64,000 bases of DNA from Blastocatellia bacterium (lineage in GTDB: Bacteria; Acidobacteriota; Blastocatellia; UBA7656; JADIYM01), in contig JAJTWZ010000003.1 of assembly GCA_021463145.1 (NCBI GenBank), positions 35,319-99,318 on the forward strand, given 5' to 3'. Position numbers and translations under genes: made by a program. Each line of letters starts with the position of its first letter. Position 1 is the first letter of the stretch. The notes below the pieces were generated by a model that saw only the letters and a list, made by a program, of their open reading frames with translations, was not told where the DNA came from and made no database searches. Below, piece after piece: positions 8,761-19,304 of this stretch.

Positions 8761-11585
8761 CCGTTCCAGTCTCCCGCCAGAGGCGAACCGGCCCCGGCGC
8801 CGAATCCAAATACGACATCCGCCGGTCCTGAAGCGTTCGTGTTCGAGAGGAACCAGGAGCCGCTCCCCGGATCGTAAATGCCGGGAGTATCGATGCCGTC
8901 GGCATTCCAGTCTCCAGCCAGTGCCGTGTAACCGCCCGGCCCGAACGTGAACGTGAAGTCAGCGGGACCATTGGTGAGGTTGTTTCGCAGGAACCACGTG
9001 CCGGTCAACACATCGTAGAAGCCGACCGAATCGCTTCCATTGCCGTCCCAGTCGCCGGCCACAGGGAAAATCCCGCCTCCACCTGCTCCGAACGTGAATC
9101 CGTGATCCGATGGCCCAGCGGCGTTCGTGTTCTTGAGGAAGTAAACGCCCGTCGACGGATTGAAGATGCCGATCGTGTCGATTCCATCGCCATTCCAATC
9201 GCCGGCAATCGGCAGGTAGATCGACGGCGAACCGAACGAGAAGACGATGTTCGCCGGCCCGTTGGTGCTTGAATTGCGAAGGAAGAACGCACCTGTGGCC
9301 GGATTGTAGAGCCCCGGTGTGTCCGTGCCGTTTCCGTCCCAGTCGCCCGCCAGCGGAATCCAACTGGCGTCCGACGGGCCGTACGAGAGCGTGATATCGG
9401 CCGGACCCGGCGACTGCGAATTACGGAGGAACCACGCCGGCGGCGCAGCACCCTGAAAGACGATGCCCGGCGTATCTCCCGGCTCGGCAATTCGCGTGAT
9501 GAAAACATCGTCAACGCCCGCATTTCCGGGCTGTGCCGCGCCAACGACTGGAAAATTCAAGGATGTCGAATAGCCCGCAACGTACGCGGTTCTGGCGGCA
9601 TCGATTGCGACGGCCTGCGCAATATCTATTCGGTCGCCACCGAGGTACGTCGAATAGATCAACTGCCGGCCTGTCGCCCCGATTCGAGCTACGAACCCAT
9701 CGTTGAGACCATTGCCGCCGTTGTTCGGCTGAGATGGCGACACGACTCGAAAATCGGTCGACCGCGTCTGACCGACGATCACCGCGCTTCCGGTACTGTC
9801 GACTGCAATGGCACGCCCGCGGTCCTCCAGGTCGCCGCCCAGGTAGGACGAGTAGACTCGCGACGTTCCAGCTGCGTTCACCTTGGTTACGAATGCGTCG
9901 AAACCGTTGTCGAGCGCAGGCTGGAACGCATTGATGGACGGAAAATTCGTCGACTTGGTGTAGCCGGTGATGTACGCGTTTCCGGCGGCATCCACTGCAA
10001 TTCCAGTCCCGGCATCTTCCAGGGTGCCGCCCAGTGGCGACGAGTAGACGATCGATGCAAAGCCGGCCGCGATCATTGTGACGAATGCGTCCGTTCCACC
10101 ACCGGCGGTCTGGAAACCGCCAACAACCGGAAATCCGATATTCTGCGTCCGCCCCGTCATGAACACGTTGCCGGCCGCGTCGACCGCGATGTCGTCCACG
10201 AGATCGCTTCCCGCGCCGCCGATGAACGACGAGTTGAGCAGAACTCCGGCCGGGCTCACACGGCCGAAGATGCCATCGGTGCTACCGCCACCGTAAGCGC
10301 CCTGCAGTGGCAGGACGAGCGGATACGTCGTGTCCGATGCAGTGCTGCCGCCAAAACTGACGTTGCCCAATGCGTCGACGCCAATCGCCTCGATCGTCTC
10401 GGTCGTAAATCCGCCGCAGTAACTCGATGTGACCAGAACCGAACCCGAGGCGGACAGTCGTGCGACGAAACCATCGATTCCGCCGCCGGGCAATGCCTGA
10501 AACGGTGAACTGACCGGAAAATTCGACGAACTCGTGTCACCTCCGATGACGACCTCCCCAGCCGCCGTCACGTCCATAGCCAGAGCTTCGTCGAAACCGT
10601 TACCACCGAGAAAGGTCGAGTAGAGTATCGTGGCGCCCGTCGGGTCAAACTTGGTAACGAACGCGTCGTAATCGCCTGCGCGAGTTGCCTGCACGCCGCC
10701 AAGAACGGGGAAGTCAGGCGAAAACGTCCGTCCCGCCACAAAGGTGTTACCCCCCGCATCGAGACCGACCCCCAGCGCCCGATCGTTGTTCGATCCGCCT
10801 AGATAGGAGGAATATACGAGCTTCGGATCGATGACGAGCTCGTGCGTCCGGTCGTACTCGCCGATCGAGAAACCGAAGCCGCGGTCGCCTCGAAGAACAT
10901 AAGCGCTCGGGACCACGATTCGCCTGCCGTCGACTACCTGGTAGGTCATCGGCCGCCGATGCACGACGTCGCCCGTAGGAGTATTCAGGACGAGGTCGCC
11001 TTCGGGCGAGATGCGCATTCGCCTGGCCCCGTCGATGCGTACTTCAACTCTTGCCGGATCGGCCCCGGGAGACACGATCAGGTCGTACTCGATCCCGCCA
11101 GTCACGGAGTAGTACAAGACGTCGATGCCCGGATAAACACCCTCTGCTCGCACGGCGGCGAAACGCTCGACCTCCGTGACCCACGTGGATTTGTCAGTGC
11201 CCTGGAAATAATGTGCTCGTCCCGGAAGCAGCCCTTCGCCCACAAGCGGCGCGTTATCTCGGCCGCCGGCAAAGTCGGTTCGCAGGATCGTCCGGTCGGG
11301 ACCGGAGCCAAGGGTCAGGACACTCCCGGATGCGGTGAGGAACAACGCGGCATTCGCATTGCGCGCTACGAACCTCGAGCGCGCGTCCATCTGACCGTCG
11401 TTGCGTTCGAACGCGAAGGCCGGGTCGCGTTCGGAACGGCCCAAAGAAGCGCCGTTCGCTCGAGTAGGAGTCCCGGTCTCTGGACCGGAAGCGCCCACGA
11501 ACCCAAGCGGCAGCGCGCAAAGCGAACCAGCCGACAACAGAACGAACAGGCGCCGGAAGAAATCGAGGGCGTGACGAGTTGACAT
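8757..11585 (-). CDS. secreted SBBP beta-propeller repeat protein with C-terminal FG-GAP/VCBS-like tandem repeats
   Basis: N-terminal signal peptide; GGAGGA RBS. Many SBBP-type repeats (YSSYLGG…D.A.GIAVD..GN.Y..G.T.S.DFP). The C-terminus carries about six repeats of roughly 55 aa of the form (L)AGDWNGDG.D..G.Y.P..G.WFLRN…GP.D..F.FG. Confidence 0.75.
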   Translation of the reverse strand: MSTRHALDFFRRLFVLLSAGSLCALPLGFVGASGPETGTPTRANGASLGRSERDPAFAFERNDGQMDARSRFVARNANAALFLTASGSVLTLGSGPDRTILRTDFAGGRDNAPLVGEGLLPGRAHYFQGTDKSTWVTEVERFAAVRAEGVYPGIDVLYYSVTGGIEYDLIVSPGADPARVEVRIDGARRMRISPEGDLVLNTPTGDVVHRRPMTYQVVDGRRIVVPSAYVLRGDRGFGFSIGEYDRTHELVIDPKLVYSSYLGGSNNDRALGVGLDAGGNTFVAGRTFSPDFPVLGGVQATRAGDYDAFVTKFDPTGATILYSTFLGGNGFDEALAMDVTAAGEVVIGGDTSSSNFPVSSPFQALPGGGIDGFVARLSASGSVLVTSSYCGGFTTETIEAIGVDALGNVSFGGSTASDTTYPLVLPLQGAYGGGSTDGIFGRVSPAGVLLNSSFIGGAGSDLVDDIAVDAAGNVFMTGRTQNIGFPVVGGFQTAGGGTDAFVTMIAAGFASIVYSSPLGGTLEDAGTGIAVDAAGNAYITGYTKSTNFPSINAFQPALDNGFDAFVTKVNAAGTSRVYSSYLGGDLEDRGRAIAVDSTGSAVIVGQTRSTDFRVVSPSQPNNGGNGLNDGFVARIGATGRQLIYSTYLGGDRIDIAQAVAIDAARTAYVAGYSTSLNFPVVGAAQPGNAGVDDVFITRIAEPGDTPGIVFQGAAPPAWFLRNSQSPGPADITLSYGPSDASWIPLAGDWDGNGTDTPGLYNPATGAFFLRNSSTNGPANIVFSFGSPSIYLPIAGDWNGDGIDTIGIFNPSTGVYFLKNTNAAGPSDHGFTFGAGGGGIFPVAGDWDGNGSDSVGFYDVLTGTWFLRNNLTNGPADFTFTFGPGGYTALAGDWNADGIDTPGIYDPGSGSWFLSNTNASGPADVVFGFGAGAGSPLAGDWNG

Positions 11586-11704
11586 TGGGGGATCCTCCGC
11601 GGTCAGTTTGGAATACGACGATATCCGGGGACCGGCCCTGTTGTCTAATGCAAGGAAGTCAAGAATTCTTTTTTGTATTGGACTGCCGCGGCCTGAAAGG
11701 AACT

Positions 11705-11745
11705 ACAAAAGCAATTCGGCGCCGGGTTAACTTGAACGCCGGCGC
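11705..11745 (-). terminator. putative intrinsic terminator for the minus-strand hslVU-lipoprotein transcript
   Basis: On the minus strand, a GC-rich hairpin GGCGCCGGC-gttcaagttaac-CCGGCGCC is followed by TTGCTTTTGT. Confidence 0.3.
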
Positions 11746-12051
11746 CGATGGATATCGGGGAGAAGCGGTTTGCGGGGAACCCTCCTCCCTTGAGCCGGGT
11801 ACGCCACGTCAAGCGGGGCAGATCCGGTTCGAACTCTTCGCCGCGCCGTAGAGCAAAGTGCGTGCCGTAACGCCGAGCTCGGCCGATAGGGCGCTAAGCG
11901 CTTGTACGTCAGTCACTTCGGCCGTGGATATCCGGCCGCATCGGCGTGCGAAGACTGGGGCTTTTTGGGCTGAAGGTGCCCAAGGCGCCACATACGGGAC
12001 TCTCGGGCGGCCGTCCTTGCCAGCCAAGTCAGTCCGCAAACCGGCACCAGG

Positions 12052-13155
12052 CTACGGACTCGCGATTTCGGAGACCGGCAGGCTGGAAGGGCTCTCGTTC
12101 CCGTACCGATCCACCGCCGTTATCCGGTACGCATAGCGCTGACCGATACGCGCGCGATCGTCTCGAAAAGTCGTCCGGTTCACGGGCTTGTCCGTCAGTT
12201 TCGTCCACAAGGACGCGTCGGCCGGCTCGCCATCGGTCCGGTAAACGAAATACCCAACGACATCGGCTTCAATGTTCGTCGGCCAGAAAAGGCTGACCAC
12301 GCCCCCCGCCGACGCGACAGTCACGTTCGAGGGCGCCAGCGGCGGGAAGGTATCGCGCGGAGTGACCGTCAGCCGATCGCTGTCGCTCGACTCGACCGAG
12401 GCATCGGGAGCTTGCGATACGCTCCGGACCACGTATACGTAGGGCGTCAGGTAATTGAAGCGGCGATCCACGAACCGGGCGCCGGTGATGAGTTGATCGT
12501 TGATTGGCCGCCCAAGCCGCTCCGAGTTCGGCTTTGCCCGGTACACGTTGTACCCGACCACCTGCGCAGGAACGGTGCCATCGACGTTCTCATTCGGTGG
12601 AGTCCAGGTAAGCGCCACTTCGTCTTGTGCCTGTGTGACGGCCAGGCCAGTCGGCGGCCGTGCGATTCCGGGCACCGGTTCGATGGACACGATGTTCGAC
12701 AGCAATTGAGGACGGCCGCGACCGTCGATGTAACGGGCCGCGTACTGGAATCTGGTGTTCGAGAGCAACGACGACTGCTTCGGATCGAGTGGGTCGTCGA
12801 AGCTGATCGAGTCGCCTGCCGAGAGCCGGGATTTCAACTCCTCGTAACCAATGAATCCGATGAGATCGGCAGCCTGTTCGAATTCGGCTGGAAACGCCAC
12901 TGGAGTAGCGTCGCGCGACTGCCGCAGCCGGTATATGTCCGCGCGACGCACCGACGTGGCCACGTCTTCGCGCAGGTCAAGTCTGGGTGCGAGCCACGAA
13001 ACTCGAATCGTGCTTCCAACCTGCAGGGCAATCACCTGGTTCGGACGAACCGGCGACCGCCCGATCGGCGGCTGAGGCGCTCCGACCTTGCCGCAAGCAC
13101 CGGCCGCAAGACAAAGACCGAGGAAAGCGACGATGTGCAGGAAATGGCCGCGCAT
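12052..13155 (-). CDS. lipoprotein with fibronectin type III-like domains
   Basis: Lipobox signal (FLGLCLAAGAC|GK). Fn3-like segments (LAVTQAQDEVALTWTPP…VVGYNVYR; VVSLFWPT…VVGYFVYR). Sits directly downstream of hslU. The ORF is open to a GTG at 13173. Confidence 0.6.
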   Translation of the reverse strand: MRGHFLHIVAFLGLCLAAGACGKVGAPQPPIGRSPVRPNQVIALQVGSTIRVSWLAPRLDLREDVATSVRRADIYRLRQSRDATPVAFPAEFEQAADLIGFIGYEELKSRLSAGDSISFDDPLDPKQSSLLSNTRFQYAARYIDGRGRPQLLSNIVSIEPVPGIARPPTGLAVTQAQDEVALTWTPPNENVDGTVPAQVVGYNVYRAKPNSERLGRPINDQLITGARFVDRRFNYLTPYVYVVRSVSQAPDASVESSDSDRLTVTPRDTFPPLAPSNVTVASAGGVVSLFWPTNIEADVVGYFVYRTDGEPADASLWTKLTDKPVNRTTFRDDRARIGQRYAYRITAVDRYGNESPSSLPVSEIASP

Positions 13156-13173
13156 GGGATCCAGCCCGGTCAC

Positions 13174-14571
13174 CTAGAGGATGTATCGGCTCAAGTCGTG
13201 ATCCTTCACGATGCCGGCAAGCTGCTGCTCCACGTAGGCGCGGTCGACTACGACGTCTTTGTCGGGCAGGTCCGGGCCTTCGAACGATACTTCCTCGAGC
13301 AGGGTCTCCATAATCGTGTGGAGTCGTCTGGCGCCGATGTCTTCGGTGTTCTCGTTGACGGCGAAAGCGAACGACGCGATCGCGTCGACAGCGTCTGTCA
13401 GCACGTCGAGCTTTATCCCCTCGGTCTCGAGCAACGCCACGTATTGCCTGACGAGCGAGTTCTTGGGCTCAACGAGGATCCGTTTGAAGTCTTCGACAGT
13501 CAGCGGGTTCAGCTCGACACGAATTGGGAATCGGCCCTGGAGCTCAGGAATGAGATCGGAGGGCTTCGCGACGTGAAAGGCTCCTGCTGCGATGAAGAGA
13601 ATGTGGTCCGTCCTGATCATCCCGTAACGCGTGTTGACCGTCGTGCCTTCGACAATGGGCAGAATATCGCGCTGGACGCCTTCGCGGGAGACGTCGGGGC
13701 CGTGTCCGGACTCGCGCCCGGCTATCTTGTCCAATTCGTCCAGGAAGATGATGCCGTTAGCCTCGGCACGGCCGATCGCAACCCGAGCCACCTGGTCCAT
13801 GTCGATCAACTTGTTCTCTTCTTCTGCGACCAGGTAGTCGAGCGCCTCGTCGACGGGCATACCGCGCCGGCGGGGCTTCTGGTTGAACAGGTTGGGAAAC
13901 ATGTCCTTGAGGTTGATGTCCATCTCTTCGACGCCCTGCGGCGTGAAGATCTCGAAATGGCCGGGGTTCGCGCGCTCCTGTACATCGATCTCGACTACGC
14001 GACTGTCCAGCCGTCCCTCGCGCAACTGCTGACGCAGCTTCTCGCGAGTACGCTGGAATTGCTCGAGAGTCGTCGCCTCGTCCTGCTCGCCCTCGGCGAC
14101 CTGCTTCGAAGGCGGCAGGAGCAAGTCGAGAAGCCTCTCCTCGGCATTGAGCTCGGCTTTGTCGGCTATTTCGGCGATGCGTTCCTCACGCACGAGGTCG
14201 ATGGCGATCTCGACCAGGTCGCGGATCATCGACTCGACGTCGCGGCCGACGTAGCCGACTTCGGTGAACTTCGAAGCTTCGACTTTCAGGAACGGAGAGC
14301 TCGACAATCGGGCCAGCCGACGCGCGATCTCGGTTTTTCCGACTCCGGTCGACCCGATCATGATGATGTTCTTCGGCATCACGTCCTGGGCCAGATCGGC
14401 GGGCAGTTTCTGCCGGCGGACGCGATTGCGCAGCGCCACCGCAACGGCGCGCTTGGCCGCCGCCTGTCCAACCACGTGTCGATCCAGTTCGGCGACGATC
14501 TGACGGGGCGTGAGGTCGTCGAGCCTGACCGGAGCCTCCTTGTCGACCTCGCCGGCGAGATAAATGACCAT
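13174..14571 (-). CDS. hslU: ATP-dependent protease ATPase subunit HslU
   Basis: AAA+ ClpY signature ([15 protein letters not shown], intermediate domain, sensor motifs). The start overlaps the hslV stop by 1 nt (TGATG). Confidence 0.9.
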   Translation of the reverse strand: MVIYLAGEVDKEAPVRLDDLTPRQIVAELDRHVVGQAAAKRAVAVALRNRVRRQKLPADLAQDVMPKNIIMIGSTGVGKTEIARRLARLSSSPFLKVEASKFTEVGYVGRDVESMIRDLVEIAIDLVREERIAEIADKAELNAEERLLDLLLPPSKQVAEGEQDEATTLEQFQRTREKLRQQLREGRLDSRVVEIDVQERANPGHFEIFTPQGVEEMDINLKDMFPNLFNQKPRRRGMPVDEALDYLVAEEENKLIDMDQVARVAIGRAEANGIIFLDELDKIAGRESGHGPDVSREGVQRDILPIVEGTTVNTRYGMIRTDHILFIAAGAFHVAKPSDLIPELQGRFPIRVELNPLTVEDFKRILVEPKNSLVRQYVALLETEGIKLDVLTDAVDAIASFAFAVNENTEDIGARRLHTIMETLLEEVSFEGPDLPDKDVVVDRAYVEQQLAGIVKDHDLSRYIL

Positions 14572-15182
14572 CAGAGCTCTTCCACCACTACGTTCTGGTT
14601 CGTGTAAATGCAGACCTCGCCAGCGATGCTCAATGCTTCCTCCGCGACCTGGCGCGCGGAGAGTTGCGTGTGGCGGACCAGAGCACGGGCAGCCGACAAC
14701 GCGTATGGCCCGCCAGAGCCAATCGCCACGATCCCGTCGTCAGGTTCGATGACGTCGCCGTTTCCGGAAAGGACGAGCGAGGTCTTGTCGTCGGCGACGA
14801 TCAGCAATGCTTCGAGGTTGCGGAGGTATTTGTCCGTCCGCCACTCCTTGCTCATCTCGACTGCCGCTCGCTGGAGTTGTCCGTGGTATTGCTCGAGCTT
14901 TGACTCGAAGCGGGAAAACAGGGCAAACGCGTCGGCAGTGGACCCGGCGAACCCGGCGATGATTCGGTCGTTGTAGAGGCGCCGCACCTTGCGAGCTCCC
15001 GACTTCATTACCGTGTCACCGAGTGTGACCTGTCCATCGCCAGCCACGGCAACCTTCCCATCCCGCCGGACCGCTATCACCGTTGTACTGCGCCATCGGC
15101 CGGCGTTCGAATGATCGGTTGGCATCGCGGGCGGATCATAGCCCCCGATTTTCGGGAGTGTCAAACCCGCCGTCCCTGGCAA
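14571..15182 (-). CDS. hslV: ATP-dependent protease subunit HslV (with apparent N-terminal extension)
   Basis: Conserved …[29 protein letters not shown]…[10 protein letters not shown]… The ORF has about 30 codons upstream of the catalytic Thr-Thr, with no in-frame start immediately before TTV. The likely start is between 15125 and 15182. Confidence 0.85.
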   Translation of the reverse strand: MPGTAGLTLPKIGGYDPPAMPTDHSNAGRWRSTTVIAVRRDGKVAVAGDGQVTLGDTVMKSGARKVRRLYNDRIIAGFAGSTADAFALFSRFESKLEQYHGQLQRAAVEMSKEWRTDKYLRNLEALLIVADDKTSLVLSGNGDVIEPDDGIVAIGSGGPYALSAARALVRHTQLSARQVAEEALSIAGEVCIYTNQNVVVEEL

Positions 15183-15374
15183 ATCCGGGGTGATCGCGAG
15201 CGTTTCCAGGACTGGAAACCTGAAGCCACACTCGGCGCGTCACTGCCGGCAGCCTGGTGCGGCTTCAGCGTCCGGCCGGGCCATGCTTGGCGGGCCAGTG
15301 ACGCTGCGGTTACACTCCGTCGAGACGTCCGGGCGGTCAGGACGGCAATTCCACCGGTGGAGGCAGTGCGGCGA

Positions 15375-16322
15375 ATGAGAACGTGCCCCGCGTGTGGCCG
15401 GCAGTTTCCGGCTGACGTAGAGTTCTGTGAGGCAGACGGAGAGCCGCTCTCGCCGATGACGGGCGCAGCGGTAAGTCCCGAAGGCGCCGCCGCCGAACCC
15501 GAGACAGTCGTTCGACCCCGGCGGGCCCAGCCGATTCCGTCCGATCCAGGTATCGAGGCGCCGCGATTCACGAAGGTGCGGGTGGACATTCCCGAGTCGA
15601 AGCGGACGTCGGGTCAACTCAACGTGCCCGAGCCGATCGTGGTTCCGACTGGGACGCCGGACCGGGTGTATCGCGAGCGCGCACTCTGGCCCATTTTCAC
15701 GGCGCTCGGAGTCGTCGTCGTAGTGGCCTCGGCGCTGTTCATTTATGTCTGGATGTCGCAGCAGTCCGATTTCGAGGCGGAGGTCAGCACTCAGATTTCG
15801 CAGGCTCGAGTAACCGTGGCAGATGCCAAGGCTCGGCTCGAGTCTCTTTCGGCGGATAGCCCGCTGCGCGGCAAGTTACTGCAGCTGCAGAATTGGGACC
15901 GCGAACTGCAGGACCTCGAACTCGGTCGCGACCGAACCCGCGAGATGGCGCAGAGGGCTCGTGAAATTGGAGACGCTGCCCGCCGAGTCGGCGAGGAAGC
16001 GCGAGCCGCGGGGGCCATGTTGCCTGCGGCGCCACCGCCCGTTGCGCCCGCGGCGCCATCCAACTCGAACGCATCATTGCCGGATTCGCCTGCCTCCCCG
16101 ACGATGGACCCTGCTTCGCCGACGGCGGCCCCCGCCGCACCTGCATCCAGCGGGACCGGCACCGACCCCGCAAAGCCGCCTGAAGGTGGAACAGCACCTG
16201 GACAGCCGCCACCGGTCAAACCTCCGGCGCCGAAGCAGGCGGACCCATCTGCGCCGGCCAAGACTGACGATGCCGCTCAGCCGAAGCCGGACAAGTCCGC
16301 GGCTTCGAAGCCCCCGGCTTAG
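15375..16322 (+). CDS. zinc-ribbon, single-pass membrane protein with coiled-coil and Pro/Ala-rich C-terminus
   Basis: GGAGG RBS precedes the ATG at 15375. The N-terminus has a Cys4 zinc ribbon (MRTCPACGRQF…EFCEADGEPL). A TM helix reads ALWPIFTALGVVVVVASALFIYVW. The C-terminus is a PAPK low-complexity tail. Confidence 0.55.
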   Translation: MRTCPACGRQFPADVEFCEADGEPLSPMTGAAVSPEGAAAEPETVVRPRRAQPIPSDPGIEAPRFTKVRVDIPESKRTSGQLNVPEPIVVPTGTPDRVYRERALWPIFTALGVVVVVASALFIYVWMSQQSDFEAEVSTQISQARVTVADAKARLESLSADSPLRGKLLQLQNWDRELQDLELGRDRTREMAQRAREIGDAARRVGEEARAAGAMLPAAPPPVAPAAPSNSNASLPDSPASPTMDPASPTAAPAAPASSGTGTDPAKPPEGGTAPGQPPPVKPPAPKQADPSAPAKTDDAAQPKPDKSAASKPPA

Positions 16323-16340
16323 GACATCGGTGAAGTTCGG

Positions 16341-17873
16341 ATGACGGCAAACGGTGGCGTCGTCGCGGGTGCGGTGACGCTCGACCCTGATCGCCCGATC
16401 GATCGAGCAATCGAGCGGTGCCTGTTCGGAGCGCTGCTCCTCTTCATACTAGCGGCGCCGCATTCGATTGCCGTGACACAGGGCGCTTTTGCGCTTGGCC
16501 TCGCTCTCTGGGTAGCCAGAATGATCGCCGCGCGACGATTGACGATCGTGCGCACGCCGGTGGATTGGCCCCTTGCGGTTTTTGTCATCTGGACCGGGAT
16601 TTCAGTTGCCACAAGCCTGGATCCAGCGTGGAGTCTCGGACGCATGCGGGGCGTCATGCTCGTCCTGATCCTTTGGCTGTTCGCTTCGAACGTGCAGTCA
16701 CGCCGCACGGCGTGGTTGCTCGCGCTCGCCCTGGTGTTGTCGGTGGCAGGGAACCTGTGGTGGACGTATCTTGAAAGGATTCAGGGCAGGGGAGTCAAGA
16801 TCGCCACAATGGGTGCGAGTCCCTTGAAGAAATGGGGCGTACTGCCCGGCGACACCATTCTGGAGGTTGGTGGCAAGCCCGTCGACGACCTGGAGAGCCT
16901 GAATGCGGCGTTCGAAGGCGGCCGTGGGCGCGAGCCCATCACGGTACGGTTCACCCACGGCGAGTCCGACACAACGACTTCATATCGACGCGGCAGAGTC
17001 CGACGCGAAGGCGACGGCGTCGAGCGACTTGCCGTGACGGTCGAGCCAGGGCGGGACTTCCGAGCTAGAGCCTACTTCTCTCATTCCGCAACTTATGCCG
17101 AGACACTTCAGATTATCGCGTCCATGCTGGCCGCCTGGGTCGTCTGCAGCGCTATTCGAGACCGGAAGTGGGCGTTCTGGATGGGCCTGTTGCTCGTCGC
17201 GACCGCCGGTGCGCTAGTGCAAACGCAGACCCGGGCGCCCATCGTGGCGTTCGGAATTGCCCTGCTGTCAATGGTGTTCCTGAGAGGCGGATCGCGAAAG
17301 ATCCTGCTTGGAGCCGGAATTGCAACTCTGGCCGTTCTGTTCGCCGGAGGCTGGTTCATACTAAGGGGACGTGAAGTGCAGATTCTGAGCCCGGCCGACC
17401 AGAGCACGCAGTGGCGGCTCACCGTCTGGTCCGAGGCGCTACCGATTCTCGCGGCGCATCCGCTTTTCGGAATCGGACCTGACGCCGCCAAGCATCGAGC
17501 CGGTGAATTGCAGCTTTTCGAGGGAGGGAAGTTGCCGCCCGGCCACTTCCACTCCACGCCGCTTCAGATCGCGGTCGATCGCGGCATCCCCGCGCTCCTG
17601 GCCTGGCTGACGTTCGTTGGCGTGCTCGTCGCGAGCCTCGGACGGCTTGTCCGTCGCCTGACCGTAAGAGAGAACGAGGAAGGGTCCGACTGGCGCGTCA
17701 CGGCCACCGTCCTTGGCGCCTGGGGTGGATTGCTCGGGTTCTTCATCAGTTCTCTCGTGCATTTCAACTGGGGAGACAGCGAGCCAATGCAGATGGCGTG
17801 GGCGGTTGCAGGGATCGCGTTCGCGGTCGGGCACCTCGAGAAGAAGCGGGAGGCCGAAGATGCTTTACGCTGA
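16341..17873 (+). CDS. O-antigen ligase-like (Wzy_C family) polytopic membrane protein with inserted PDZ domain
   Basis: Multi-TM protein with the Wzy_C hallmark H-S-T-P-L-Q-I-A-V-D-R-G-I-P-A-L-L. The periplasmic loop carries a PDZ-like segment (GVLPGDTILEVGGKPVDDLESLNAAF…). Confidence 0.6.
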   Translation: MTANGGVVAGAVTLDPDRPIDRAIERCLFGALLLFILAAPHSIAVTQGAFALGLALWVARMIAARRLTIVRTPVDWPLAVFVIWTGISVATSLDPAWSLGRMRGVMLVLILWLFASNVQSRRTAWLLALALVLSVAGNLWWTYLERIQGRGVKIATMGASPLKKWGVLPGDTILEVGGKPVDDLESLNAAFEGGRGREPITVRFTHGESDTTTSYRRGRVRREGDGVERLAVTVEPGRDFRARAYFSHSATYAETLQIIASMLAAWVVCSAIRDRKWAFWMGLLLVATAGALVQTQTRAPIVAFGIALLSMVFLRGGSRKILLGAGIATLAVLFAGGWFILRGREVQILSPADQSTQWRLTVWSEALPILAAHPLFGIGPDAAKHRAGELQLFEGGKLPPGHFHSTPLQIAVDRGIPALLAWLTFVGVLVASLGRLVRRLTVRENEEGSDWRVTATVLGAWGGLLGFFISSLVHFNWGDSEPMQMAWAVAGIAFAVGHLEKKREAEDALR

Positions 17874-19269
17874 CCAGTCCCGCGCATTGAGCCGACTCGA
17901 CAGGATTCGGGCAGCGGCGGCGTTCGTCTTCTCGACGCCAGCGGCGATAGTGCTCATCGCTGGATGGCCGCACGTCGGTCTGGCCGGCAGCCTTCTCGGA
18001 TCTTTGCTGGCCGTCGTTACCATCGCCGCTGCCGGGTATCTTCCCCTCTACCTCGGGTTGACGGTGGAACGCAGAAAGCGGTTCAGCTGGCCTGTCAGAT
18101 TCCGAATCGTCGCGGCCCCGCTGCTCGCCCTGCTTGCGCTGCCTCTCTGTACGAGCTATAGCCGATTGCTTGCGTGGCTTGGATGCCTTGCGATCGCCGC
18201 GATAGCGGTCCTGTCGGCACGACGCGCCTTGAAGCGGCACGCCGACGCAGACTCGATACCGCTCCTTCCTCTGGAACTGCTCGTCGGCGACATCGCGGTC
18301 GTGCTCATCGTGTCGTCGCAGTCGCCACGTGCCGCGACGATCGGCGCCGTCGGCCTGTCGCTCGCTGCTGTCCTGTTTCTCGTCTCCGCCGAGGGACGCG
18401 CGCGCTGGTACGGGATTGCCGTGGTAGCCCTTGCGTTCGTCTGCCTGCCGGCCCCCGACGCGTCGCTTCCCGTCTGGGTCGTCGCGGTCTCAGGCGCGAT
18501 GCTGGTGGGGGCAGCGGCAGGCACCCAGCTTCTGATGGCAGAGTGCACCCGTCACCATTGCGCCAACGTCGCGGCTACGGTCGAAGAATTGACGGCGTTC
18601 GACTCGGTCACGGCCGAGCACGCTGAAGAGATGCTGGCGACCGCGACCGGGATACTGGCGAGGAGCTGGAACGCGAATCCTCCGGCCGATTCGGAAGCGG
18701 TCGGCCGCTGGTACGAAGCGAACTCGGCGTACTACCTCTACGACCTGGCGCAGTTTCACCTGGCGTACAAGCACATCCGGTTCATGCTCGATATCCTCTC
18801 GTTGTCGAAAGGTCGCGTGCTCGATTACGGCGCCGGCATCGGAGACCTATCGCTCGAGCTGGCGCGCCGGGGTCACGACATCACCTACCTTGACGTCGAG
18901 GGGCGGACGAAGGCCTTCGCCAGATGGCGGGCCGAGCGGGATTGGCTCGAAGTGGCCTTTGCAAGCGAGATCGGCGAGGCTCCTGGCCCGTTCGACACGA
19001 TCGTTTCGCTCGACGTTTTCGAGCATCTCTCCGATCCGTTGCCTGTCGTCGATGCGCTCGTCGAACGGCTCGCGCCGGGTGGAAGAATGATCGTTACGGC
19101 CTACTTCGGTGCGACAAAATCCCACCCGATGCATTTCGACCACGACATCGACCTGGGCGCGTACCTTCGAGCCGCCGGGCTCGTCGACCGGAAGTCATTC
19201 GCGATGAAGCATCTTCGCAGCCAGTTCCTCGGAAAGCGCGGAGTGCTCGTCTTCGAGAAACCGGCGTGA
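17860..19269 (+). CDS. polytopic membrane domain fused to class I SAM-dependent methyltransferase
   Basis: GGGAGG RBS lies 8 nt before the ATG at 17860, which overlaps the upstream stop by 14 nt. The N-terminal ~250 aa has multiple TM helices. The C-terminus has methyltransferase motifs (VLDYGAGIGDLSLELARRGHDITYLDVEGR; DTIVSLDVFEHL). Confidence 0.65.
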   Translation: MLYADQSRALSRLDRIRAAAAFVFSTPAAIVLIAGWPHVGLAGSLLGSLLAVVTIAAAGYLPLYLGLTVERRKRFSWPVRFRIVAAPLLALLALPLCTSYSRLLAWLGCLAIAAIAVLSARRALKRHADADSIPLLPLELLVGDIAVVLIVSSQSPRAATIGAVGLSLAAVLFLVSAEGRARWYGIAVVALAFVCLPAPDASLPVWVVAVSGAMLVGAAAGTQLLMAECTRHHCANVAATVEELTAFDSVTAEHAEEMLATATGILARSWNANPPADSEAVGRWYEANSAYYLYDLAQFHLAYKHIRFMLDILSLSKGRVLDYGAGIGDLSLELARRGHDITYLDVEGRTKAFARWRAERDWLEVAFASEIGEAPGPFDTIVSLDVFEHLSDPLPVVDALVERLAPGGRMIVTAYFGATKSHPMHFDHDIDLGAYLRAAGLVDRKSFAMKHLRSQFLGKRGVLVFEKPA

Positions 19270-19304
19270 TCGCGGTTAAGTTGCGGTAAGCTGATCGCGG
19301 TCTT

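Noticed and set aside
11820-11840. tRNA-like T-loop sequence GGTTCGAAC
   Set aside because: The flanking sequence cannot be folded into a T-arm, acceptor stem or anticodon arm on either strand. No tRNA is called.
12412-14607. 731-aa ORF on the plus strand
   Set aside because: Antisense to hslU and the Fn3 lipoprotein. The product has no domain-like features, while the sense-strand genes are unambiguous.
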